Source of the DNA: a virus
Taxonomy: Duplodnaviria > Caudoviricetes
Length of the DNA stretch: 64,000 nucleotides
Strand: one strand, 5' to 3'
Virus record (IMG/VR): IMGVR_UViG_3300014205_000185
Coordinates: 53,994 to 117,993 of that record
The first letter of the stretch is position 1; every line of letters starts with the position of its first letter. Below the pieces are notes generated by a model. It saw nothing but the letters and a program-made list of their open reading frames with translations. It searched no databases and had not been told where the DNA came from. Made by a program: the position numbers and the translations under genes. Below, one piece after another: positions 55,039 through 63,400 of this stretch.

Positions 55039-55608
55039 GTGAGCAATTCATCTGACGACCTTCCGGGGTCGATGCGAGAGGCTTATCAACGTCTCAGCAG
55101 CGAGAACTCGATCAAAGATCCTCGCGTAGCTGTCGCTTACGGCGGTGGCATGTGTCCTGAACAGCACTACGGACACCTGTTGGACGGCCGACCGTTCTAT
55201 CTCCGGCTGCGCAGCTCATGGGCGGAGCTTCAGGTCGGGCCGCCGGGCTCCAAGGAGGAGGATCTACCTCTCACCAATCCGCTATGGGTCCGAGACGATT
55301 TCGAGGCCGCCCTGGCGGCCGGCGAGGAGTATCCACACTCGTTCTGGCTACAGCCAAGACCAAGCATCCAGGTGTACCCGATCGAGGAGATCGGGGGCTC
55401 GTTCCGCACCGACGAGGATCTCCAGGAGACATTCACCAAGCTCCTGGACATGGCGCTCGACGAGCTGGGGCAACAGATCGCCGTCGAGTACGCCACGGTC
55501 GACCGGACCGCACATCAGACCGCGGTGGCCGCCGCATTCGATCGGATCATGGCCGACCCGAAGCAGGTTGAACTGCTCCGACGGTTGGGCGAGAACCCAG
55601 ACGCTTGA
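55039..55608 (+). CDS. hypothetical protein
   Basis: CPEQHYG.L.DGRPFYLRLR motif. Confidence 0.7.
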   Translation: MSNSSDDLPGSMREAYQRLSSENSIKDPRVAVAYGGGMCPEQHYGHLLDGRPFYLRLRSSWAELQVGPPGSKEEDLPLTNPLWVRDDFEAALAAGEEYPHSFWLQPRPSIQVYPIEEIGGSFRTDEDLQETFTKLLDMALDELGQQIAVEYATVDRTAHQTAVAAAFDRIMADPKQVELLRRLGENPDA

Positions 55609-55634
55609 CCCTGACATGGGGGTGCAGCTAGCAT
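55605..55634 (+). promoter_or_regulatory. promoter with operator copy 4
   Basis: TTGACC-18 nt-TAGCAT; CCCTGACATGGGGG; ATG 6 nt after -10. Confidence 0.6.
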
Positions 55635-55640
55635 CACAGG

Positions 55641-55829
55641 ATGGGATCTCGCGGATACGACCCAGATCTGATGCTGCTCAAAGGATCGTTGGCCTTCTGG
55701 ACAGTCGTCGTCACCACTGCCGCTCGCGCGAAGGCGAACGCGACATCCCCGTCAGGCGTCTTCGACCCTGACCAGTACGCAACGGACTACGAGACTGCCG
55801 CTGACCACCTGGAGGCGGTACATCCATGA
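55641..55829 (+). CDS. hypothetical protein
   Basis: Apparently leaderless start; ATGA overlap with next gene. Confidence 0.55.
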   Translation: MGSRGYDPDLMLLKGSLAFWTVVVTTAARAKANATSPSGVFDPDQYATDYETAADHLEAVHP

Positions 55830-56086
55830 GTCCGCTCTGGTCATTCTTCCTTGCCACGATCGGTATTACGGGGCTGTTTATTGCAGCCAATCGACCTCGG
55901 GTCGGGTGGTGGTTCAACATAGCCGCACAGGTCGCCTGGCTGGTCTATGCGATCGGCACACGCCAGTGGGGATTTCTTCTCACAGCTGTCGCCTACGCGC
56001 TCGTCTACATCCGCCTGCTGCGGCGGGCATACGCCGAAGCCGAGTACCGAGCGCGGGAGGACGACGAAGAGGCCCGCGATGCCTGA
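55826..56086 (+). CDS. small multi-pass membrane protein
   Basis: three hydrophobic segments; GWW..Q.AW..YA...QWGF. Confidence 0.7.
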   Translation: MSPLWSFFLATIGITGLFIAANRPRVGWWFNIAAQVAWLVYAIGTRQWGFLLTAVAYALVYIRLLRRAYAEAEYRAREDDEEARDA

Positions 56087-56399
56087 TGCCGACGGTCTAC
56101 ATCTCCTTGTTGAAATGCACCCGATCATCGCGGTAGTACGTAGCGCCAAGGAGGACGACGAAGCCTTCGCTCGCCTGGCTGCCGCGAGCCTAAAGCGACA
56201 GGACTACGACTATGACCCCGCCGAATGGGTCGTAGCTCCACCAGAGTGGGGTTGGTTTCGAATCAACCCCTGTAATTGCGGCGAGCATGCCTGGCATATC
56301 GCCACAGTCGATGGACCGGGACGGGGGCGGTGGCGCGGCTCGTATGTGCGCGTAATGCAGCGCTCCACCGCTGTCTCCGAACCTACAGGAGGTCCATGA
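56079..56399 (+). CDS. hypothetical protein
   Basis: MPDADGLHLL...WFRINPCNCGEH; overlaps neighbours. Confidence 0.65.
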   Translation: MPDADGLHLLVEMHPIIAVVRSAKEDDEAFARLAAASLKRQDYDYDPAEWVVAPPEWGWFRINPCNCGEHAWHIATVDGPGRGRWRGSYVRVMQRSTAVSEPTGGP

Positions 56400-56686
56400 T
56401 GTCCAGTATCGACAGCAAGTCCCGACTGCGGGAAAAGCTAGCCGCGGCGGGACTAGGAGGCAACGACCAGCCAGGCTATGGCGTCGCGACTGACGACGAG
56501 ATCGCTGAACGGGTGCTTACGATCGTCGCCGACTGGCTACGCGATGAAGCTGTCGAGTTGTTCGCAGCGGCCGAGCGTCTAAATTCGCGCGCTCCGGGCG
56601 TTGCCACCGCCTTCAGGCATAAGGCGTTTGCTCTTGAGCAGCGCGCCGTCGCCATTGAGTCACAAGAGGATCGCGATGACTACTGA
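56396..56686 (+). CDS. hypothetical protein
   Basis: AGGAGG RBS, ATGA overlap. Confidence 0.65.
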   Translation: MMSSIDSKSRLREKLAAAGLGGNDQPGYGVATDDEIAERVLTIVADWLRDEAVELFAAAERLNSRAPGVATAFRHKAFALEQRAVAIESQEDRDDY

Positions 56687-57206
56687 CTGCGTCTTCTGCC
56701 GCATCATCAGCGGTGACGAACCGGCCACGATGGTCTATCAAGACGGCGAAGCCGTCGGCATCGTGCCACTCACCGGCCAGGGATCTGTGTCGCATGTGCA
56801 CGGCCAAGGAGACGCCGTGACCCTGCATGAGGACATCAAGGCCGCCGTCGAGAGGCGGCTGGCGGCGGCGCGGGCAGCCACGCCGGGGCCGTGGGCAGCA
56901 CGAACTGGCTATCCACAATGCGTCGTTTCGCCACTCTGGCGAGAAGGTGAACCGGAAGATAGTCCGTACGTCTGGCTCATATCAACCACGCTCACCGATA
57001 AGCCGGATGTCGACGCCGAGTTCATCGCGGCCAATGGCCCCGACCGGATCATCCGAGACTGCCAGCGGGACCTGAAGACGCTCGCGAGGCACGTGCCGAC
57101 AGGGCTGGAGTCGTACGCATCGGGGCGCCCCGACGACTGTATGTCGTGCTCTGAGCGGATGCCTTGTGACGAGATTTGTGATCTTGCTGATGATTACGAC
57201 ATCTAA
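56676..57206 (+). CDS. truncated HIT N-terminus fused to DUF6221-like protein
   Basis: DCVFCRII.G.EPA..VY then ARAATPGPW...DAEFIAANGPDRI; internal RBS+GTG at 56817. Confidence 0.6.
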   Translation: MTTDCVFCRIISGDEPATMVYQDGEAVGIVPLTGQGSVSHVHGQGDAVTLHEDIKAAVERRLAAARAATPGPWAARTGYPQCVVSPLWREGEPEDSPYVWLISTTLTDKPDVDAEFIAANGPDRIIRDCQRDLKTLARHVPTGLESYASGRPDDCMSCSERMPCDEICDLADDYDI

Positions 57207-57370
57207 ATAAGCGTCCCTGGACAGCAGAAGCTTGCCGAGTCCAGTTCCAAGACGTACTACGAGGCGCTGTTTCATGAAATCCGAGAGGGGACGCGCGTAG
57301 ATCCGGACCTGTGGCTCAATCCAGATTCTGGCGAAGTCGAGCCCCGCGCTGGATGGTGTGCACCAAGCCC

Positions 57371-57766
57371 ATGAACTGGCATGAGGAGTTGCGAGCCGCC
57401 ATACAGGCTCGTACGACGACGGCGAAGAAGGTCCGGCCCAGGCGCTGGCGCCAGTACAACGGCAATGGCGGTCTCCAGGGAGTCCACGATATCTTTGCCG
57501 TCCATCACAGGGACATGCGCAGCTTCGATCCAGGAGAAGAGGGGCTGGCTTTCATGGTCGGAAACGACCCAGCCCGCATCCTCCGTGACTGCATCGAAGA
57601 TCTCGACGTATTCACCAGACACGAACGAGACGAGAAGGTACCTGGGAACTGCTTCTGGTGTAGCGAGGACGGCTTCACGCCCATCAACGTCCCGTGGCCA
57701 TGTCCCGAGATCAGGTCGCTGGCGCGGCGCTACGCAATCACAATCGAGTCTCCGTCTCTTGACTGA
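57371..57766 (+). CDS. DUF6221-like protein
   Basis: DPARILRDC, C..C, WPCPEIRSLARRY. Confidence 0.65.
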   Translation: MNWHEELRAAIQARTTTAKKVRPRRWRQYNGNGGLQGVHDIFAVHHRDMRSFDPGEEGLAFMVGNDPARILRDCIEDLDVFTRHERDEKVPGNCFWCSEDGFTPINVPWPCPEIRSLARRYAITIESPSLD

Positions 57767-57788
57767 CCCCCTCATGGGGGTATAGATT
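57759..57788 (+). promoter_or_regulatory. promoter with operator copy 5
   Basis: TTGACT-18 nt-TAGATT; CCCCCTCATGGGGG; ATG 7 nt after -10. Confidence 0.7.
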
Positions 57789-57795
57789 CATCGAC

Positions 57796-58323
57796 ATGAG
57801 AGCCCTTACACTCGCGCTGCTTGCGCTGTTCACTTTGGCCGCGTGCGGCCCCATGGACGGCTCCTCGAACGGAGCCCCGTTCCCGCCGGCCTCAGACGGA
57901 GCCGGTGCCCCGATCGAGCGCACAGTCGGCATTCGTGTCACCGTCTACGGCGCCTCAACGGCCGCGAACGCACCAGGACCCGAGGTCCCGAAGCTGGTAC
58001 GGCTGACGCTCACCGGCATGGGTGTCAACGGCCGGGATGCGATCGTCCTCGACGAGCGCACGGGCGCCGAGGCCACCAAGCTGGAGGAGTACGTCCAGAC
58101 ACCGCATATCCACTGGGTGACCCTCGGTCCCGGCATGGTCAGCATCAACGCATCCATCGAGCACATCGGCCCCGCTGGCGAGGTCAACGTCGGCGAGCAA
58201 CTCGCCTGCTGGATCGTTGACGAGCACGAAGTCGAGATCCGCGGCACGAGAGACATGAAGCCGGTGACCTCGGGCAGCAACGGTCTCTACGGCGCCGTCG
58301 TCCGCTGCGGCTTTTCCTACTAG
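57796..58323 (+). CDS. MmpS-like lipoprotein
   Basis: lipobox LAAC; QTPH, LACWIVDE...VVRCGF. Confidence 0.7.
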   Translation: MRALTLALLALFTLAACGPMDGSSNGAPFPPASDGAGAPIERTVGIRVTVYGASTAANAPGPEVPKLVRLTLTGMGVNGRDAIVLDERTGAEATKLEEYVQTPHIHWVTLGPGMVSINASIEHIGPAGEVNVGEQLACWIVDEHEVEIRGTRDMKPVTSGSNGLYGAVVRCGFSY

Positions 58324-58329
58324 CTCCCC

Positions 58330-58359
58330 TTGCACTACCCCCACATCGGGGTGTAACGT
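58330..58359 (+). promoter_or_regulatory. promoter with operator copy 6
   Basis: TTGCAC-18 nt-TAACGT; CCCCCACATCGGGG. Confidence 0.65.
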
Positions 58360-58428
58360 TCCTCGGGTCAGTGGCCCCAGTGCCGCGCCCACGTGAAGTC
58401 CATAACTCCCTACCGAAAGCGGGACCCA

Positions 58429-59166
58429 GTGGCCAACCTCAAGCTCAATCAGATCATCGCCTTGCAGAAGGGCGCCAAGGCGGCCGGCGAGGGCGCACTC
58501 ACCAAGGCGTACCACGACCTCCAGAAGTCGACTCTTCTGACCGGCCTCACCAAGACCTATAAGTCCCGCGACGACGAGGGCGAGAGCCTTCCGTCCGAAG
58601 GGGTCAAGCTCCAGCTCCGGACCAGCGAGGTGCTCAGCGACCTGAAGGCTCCGCTGAAGCGGCTGCTGGATCTGACCGCCACCCTCGACGCCGGCAACCA
58701 GCAGGCCAGGGCCGACGTGGTCGTGGACGACGTGGTCGTGCTGCCCGGAGTCCCGGTGACCACCCTGCTGACACTGGAGAAGAAGCTGGTCGACCTGACC
58801 ACCTTCGTGTCCAAGCTGCCGGTGCTCGACGCAAGCGAGAACTGGCACGCCGATTCGACCAGCGGCGCCTACAAGACCGAGCCCGACGTCAAGACGCGCA
58901 GTAAGAAGGTTCCGCGCAACCACCTCAAGGCCGCCGCCACGGACAAGCACCCGGCCCAGGTCGAGATGTACTACGAGGACGTCGTCGTCGGCGACTGGAC
59001 CACGACCAAGTTCTCCGGCGCCATCCCCGAGGAGATGCGTCGGGACCTGCTCGCCAAGGTCACGAAGCTGGCTGCCGCGATCAAGGTCGCTCGCGAGGCG
59101 GCGAACATGACCGAGGTCGCGGACGTGAAGATCGGTGACTCCATCTTCACCTACCTCGGCTGGTAG
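58429..59166 (+). CDS. conserved uncharacterised coiled-coil protein (DUF7873-like, from memory)
   Basis: KLNQIIA.QKG.K, LL.LEK.L, KKVPRNH.KA.ATDKHPAQV...EDV.VG.W...FSGA, A.K.ARE.AN; strongly biased codons. Confidence 0.8.
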   Translation: MANLKLNQIIALQKGAKAAGEGALTKAYHDLQKSTLLTGLTKTYKSRDDEGESLPSEGVKLQLRTSEVLSDLKAPLKRLLDLTATLDAGNQQARADVVVDDVVVLPGVPVTTLLTLEKKLVDLTTFVSKLPVLDASENWHADSTSGAYKTEPDVKTRSKKVPRNHLKAAATDKHPAQVEMYYEDVVVGDWTTTKFSGAIPEEMRRDLLAKVTKLAAAIKVAREAANMTEVADVKIGDSIFTYLGW

Positions 59167-59239
59167 GACTGCTACGCTGCAAACGGCCGGGGTTCCCGCG
59201 GGTCCCCGGCCCCCAAAACTCCCACCTCTAGGGTGGGTT

Positions 59240-59612
59240 GGCACAAGCTCAAGCTGAATGTAGTGGCGTTCGAGGTGGCCCAATGAGGGTGGTGCACCCG
59301 TAATACCTCGACTAAAAGCACCAGAAACTGAAGTTCTTGCCACAAACTCAAGCATTGCCGCAATTCGCTACATCGAACGAACGTGATCAAACCAACCGAA
59401 GGCTCCGGTTCAAATCCGGACGGCGCCGCCAAACCATGGCGCCGTAGCTTAGTGGCAGAGCGTCGGTTCCGCAGACCTTAGACACGTTCTTAAATGTTGG
59501 TAGCGATCCAAATTGGCGGTACCCCGAATCACATGTAGCGCAATGGATAGCGCGACAGCCACAACAGCTGTAGTTGCCGGTTCGAGTCCGGCCATGTATT
59601 ACACATTCGGTT
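59240..59612 (+). ncRNA. large structured RNA with permuted tRNA domain and second tRNA mimic
   Basis: T arm 59404-59420, looped acceptor stem, D arm 59444-59461, long nested helices; second cloverleaf-like unit 59527-59600. Confidence 0.7.
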
Positions 59613-59643
59613 GGGGGGCGTCTCCGGCTATGAGGCGCCCCCC
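59613..59643 (+). terminator. GC-rich hairpin closing the ncRNA
   Basis: GGGGGGCGTCTC...GAGGCGCCCCCC. Confidence 0.6.
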
Positions 59644-59655
59644 TCTCTAGCTTTA

Positions 59656-59677
59656 TCCCCATGTGGGGGTGTAGAGT
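59656..59677 (+). promoter_or_regulatory. operator copy 7 with -10
   Basis: TCCCCATGTGGGGG-TG-TAGAGT; ATG at 59684. Confidence 0.55.
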
Positions 59678-59804
59678 GGTCGCATGACCTCACAAAACCC
59701 CTACGGATCGTCGCTCCTGGCCTCGTTCAACGAGCTGGCGGACGCAAACGCCACTGGCGATCGCGAGCACATCAAGGCCGCAGAACTGAAATGCGCTGTC
59801 AGAC

Positions 59805-60302
59805 TCAGACGTCCGGGGTGACTTCCTCCGGAGCGCCAGCCACGATCTCGACGCGCTGAGCGTCGCCAGCGACGACGCTGATGAGCAGGTCGCCGGTCAC
59901 CGTGGTAGCGCCGTCAACGGCCTCCACGTGAACGGTGGCGTTGCCTAACGTGCCGGTGGCAGCGGCCACGGCCGTACCGTCACCGTTGTCGGTGAGGTTG
60001 ATGATGGTCGGGTCATCCACCGTGTAGGTGACGACTGCGCCGGCCGGCGGCGCGGGTACGGGGTTGCCTACCTCGTCGGTGTACTGAACCGAGAGCGCAA
60101 CCTTCTTGTCTGCCTGGAGATCCATGGCGACATCGAACCTTCCTGTTGTGTTCTGGTAATACGGGGGTGGGGCAATTACTCGATCCTCAGGAACTGTTTC
60201 CCGAGGAACACCAATACGCCAGGCCAGTTTGTAAGTCTGGACCTGGCAACATTTCGGGTCCAGGGTCAGGCGCAATACGGTGCCGCCGAGGTCTATCTCC
60301 AC
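59805..60302 (-). CDS. Ig-like beta-rich protein (alternative start 60125)
   Basis: V/T/G/D-rich: YTDEVGNPV...LTDNGDGTAVAAATG. Confidence 0.65.
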   Translation of the reverse strand: MEIDLGGTVLRLTLDPKCCQVQTYKLAWRIGVPRETVPEDRVIAPPPYYQNTTGRFDVAMDLQADKKVALSVQYTDEVGNPVPAPPAGAVVTYTVDDPTIINLTDNGDGTAVAAATGTLGNATVHVEAVDGATTVTGDLLISVVAGDAQRVEIVAGAPEEVTPDV

Positions 60303-60494
60303 GGCACCAGCTTAAGGCAGTCAATCGTTGATCGCGAGATAACGGAAAATGACTATATGGCAAGAATGGCAGGCAACGTGCACCCCGATTGGTGTCCTTA
60401 TTGCCACACGCCACCCGGGCCCGACTGTCCAAATGTAGGAAAAGATGGCCGGACTATTCGGCGCCGACTAAAGAAAGACCTGCAAAAAGAAATC

Positions 60495-63400
60495 CTAGAA
60501 GCCACCACTGTTGTAACTGCCCGCGTCCTGCCATAGCGATTGCAGCGTGGATGAGAGAGCGTCGCGCGGACTCGCGATCCGAGCTTCTTTCTTCTCGCCA
60601 TCCATGAGGTAGCGGCAGGCGTGGACAAGGGCATCCAGGCGGTCTGGTGACTCGTTGGTTCCCCAGCCGGTGAAGGTCGACATCTGGTCTTCGAGCTTGG
60701 GCATGTGGCCCACCATGTGCAGTCGCCCTTGCTCGCAGCGCATGGCCACGGGCTCGGCGCGCGTCTTCTTGCCGATCTTCGTGTCGATGCGGACCAGGGG
60801 CGGCTTACTGCCGGCGGGGAACAGGCCCTGGCCGACCAGCTCGAAGTAGGCGTCGTGGAATACCTGCTGCATCCAGCGCTTGCCGAGGTTCTCCTCGCAC
60901 ACGAGCTTGTCGGCGCCGAACTCGGCCACGATGCGCCAGGCGGCCAGCGCCGCGGCCCTACCTACCGCCATGGCGGACTTGTCGGCCTGGACGTAGAGGT
61001 GCTTCTGACGGTCGCGAGAGACCACCACAATGCCCATCTCGTCGTCTTCGCCAGTGAGGCTCGGGTCCACGCCTACAACGGTGGCGATGATGTCGTCCGG
61101 GATGTCATCGACGCGGCCGTTCTCGATGTCGAGGCGGGCGAACAGGGCTCCGTCGAATGCCTCGATGACTTCGCCGTACAGCTCCTGGCGGCCGACCGCA
61201 GTGCCCTCGTAGCGACGCTTCAGCTCCTGGATCACCAGCGCCGATAAGTTCGCCTGGTTGTCGAATGTCGAGCCGCGCATGAGATGGACCGTGCCGTCGT
61301 CGCGCTTGAGCCATTCCTGGATCAGGTCGATCGGCTTCGGGGTGGTGGTGACGAATGCCCGGGGGTGGTCTCCGACGAGGTCTGCCCGCAGAGACGGCAT
61401 GATGCCCTCGTACCAGGAGCGTCGAGGGGTTCGCCACTTTACACAGTTATGGACTAAGAGGCCGCCAGCGAAGAACTCTGGCTGGCCGTCGATTGTCAGG
61501 TCATAGACCTTCGCGGGAGCGGAGACCTTCTCGACGGCGAGCACGCGCGTCTGACTGAGCTTTGCGCTGGGCGGCGGATCGGCACGACTGCCCGCACCAC
61601 TTGGCGCGCATGCCGGTGCTGAGGTAAACCACTCCGCACTCCGCGCAGACAACTTCCCTAGGCTCGCGCCGCTGCCAATAGGCAGTAAGGCCAGCGCTGG
61701 TTCGTTCAGATCTCCCCTCAGTCCAGGCGGGATCATCTCGTTGCGCGCAAGTGAGTCGTTGGTGTGCTGCAACAGTAAGGAGTTCGAGGTTCTCCAGGCG
61801 ATCGTCCCACCGGCAGCGATTGATGTGATTGACCTCGTGGCCGTCCGGGATCGGGCCGTGGACTTTGATCCAGAGAGACCGGTGAAGGAGGGAGCCGGCT
61901 CGATTGAGGTGATAGCCCATGCGCTTGTTGAAGTACCAGCGTTCGCCGTCCCAGTCATAGAAGGCGGGCTCGGCGCTGGCGACAGGGGGTTCGTATCCAT
62001 TTGGCGAAGACATGTAACCATGCTATCGCCAGGGACTACGTCCTTGGCGTTTTTCCAGCCGCGGTGAGTCCAGACCAAATGGGTCGGCGTCACGACCACG
62101 GCACCAGAATCGGTCACGATGCGGATGACAGACGTGCTTTCGGATACGACCCATGCGTCCGTTACGCGCCGGAAGCCTGCGCGAGTTAGGGCCAGATCGC
62201 CGATTCTGACCTGCTCGATGGGGATGGCGCCGCGGGCGGTCGTAACTAGCTCGCCCTCGGCTACGCACTCATCAAGCCAGGCGCCCGATGCGTTGTAGCC
62301 ACGGCCTACGTCAGGGTCATCGGCGCCCTCGGTGTAGATCTTCGCGCCGGATGGGAACAGCACCATCGGACGTGGCGACATCTTGTAGCGGTGCCGGATC
62401 TTGCGCCGGTTAAGGACCTGGAGAATGCCCGCCGGCCCCTCCATGCAAATGGTGCGGGCGTCAGAGAGCGTCTCGGCAATGACGAGCCATTCGGTCGAGG
62501 CACCGCGGTTGTCGTAGGGGTGCTTCAGGACCTGATTCACGACCCACTCGGATCCGGCTCGACTGTTGTGGGTCGGAATCATCGACTCACCGATCAGATA
62601 CATGGAATTCGGCGAGTCGACCGTGATGCAGCGCATCGGGGTCGGATCGATGGGTTCGACGGCCGTGATCATCCGATGGTGATTGCGCAGGCTTTGGCTG
62701 TTTGTCGGTGCGTACTTAGCTGCTTTGCGCGGGCTGCTGAATGGATTGAAGGTAGGGCGCCAGGTCACCCTGAAGCTTGGTCCATGATCAACGCCGTTGA
62801 GTATGGCTCGACCTTCGTGCAGCACTGCTTTTTGACTAAGAGAGCGGGCCAAGAAGGCGACAGCTTCGGCCAGCTCTCGACGCACCGAAGAGAACTCCAC
62901 CTTGGATGCCTCGCCGTAGCCATCCGAGTCCATGAGTCCAGCCAACAGCTCCATGCGCTGTCGAGGAGATGCCCAGAGGTACTGCTCCGGGACATGTTTC
63001 ATGCCAAGTACGCCCAGCTTCCGAAGCAAAGTCACCAGTCCGTAGGGACTGCCGCGGAAAGACCCTCCGGACTCCTGAGTCAATCGAGCATCAAACTGTC
63101 CGGCGACAATGCGCCGCTGAACATGGTCCGCGTCCTGGGCATTCCCGACTAGCTCGCCGCTGTTGGTGCTGCCGTTGCCCAGCCAGTAGCCCAGGAGCCA
63201 GGGATCTATAGGGAGATCGGCGTCAGGCAGTTGGAGGGGACCTGCGACCGGGATGCAGTGATTGAGATCGCCGCGGGAGCCATAGGTCATCGTGTTGACG
63301 ATGTCCTGGGTCGTTCGTATCCGGGGACCGGCGCCACTCTCGTCGCGACGTAGCGTCGCCCCTCGTTGGCGCAGGGGGCGCCAGTTGGCCCAGTCAGTCG

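Noticed and set aside
57955-59355. 466-aa minus-strand ORF
   Set aside because: Shadow of two well-supported plus-strand genes and the ncRNA
59684-59821. 45-aa plus-strand ORF after operator copy 7
   Set aside because: Plausible leaderless gene but short, motif-less and overlapping a convergent gene; not enough support to list as CDS
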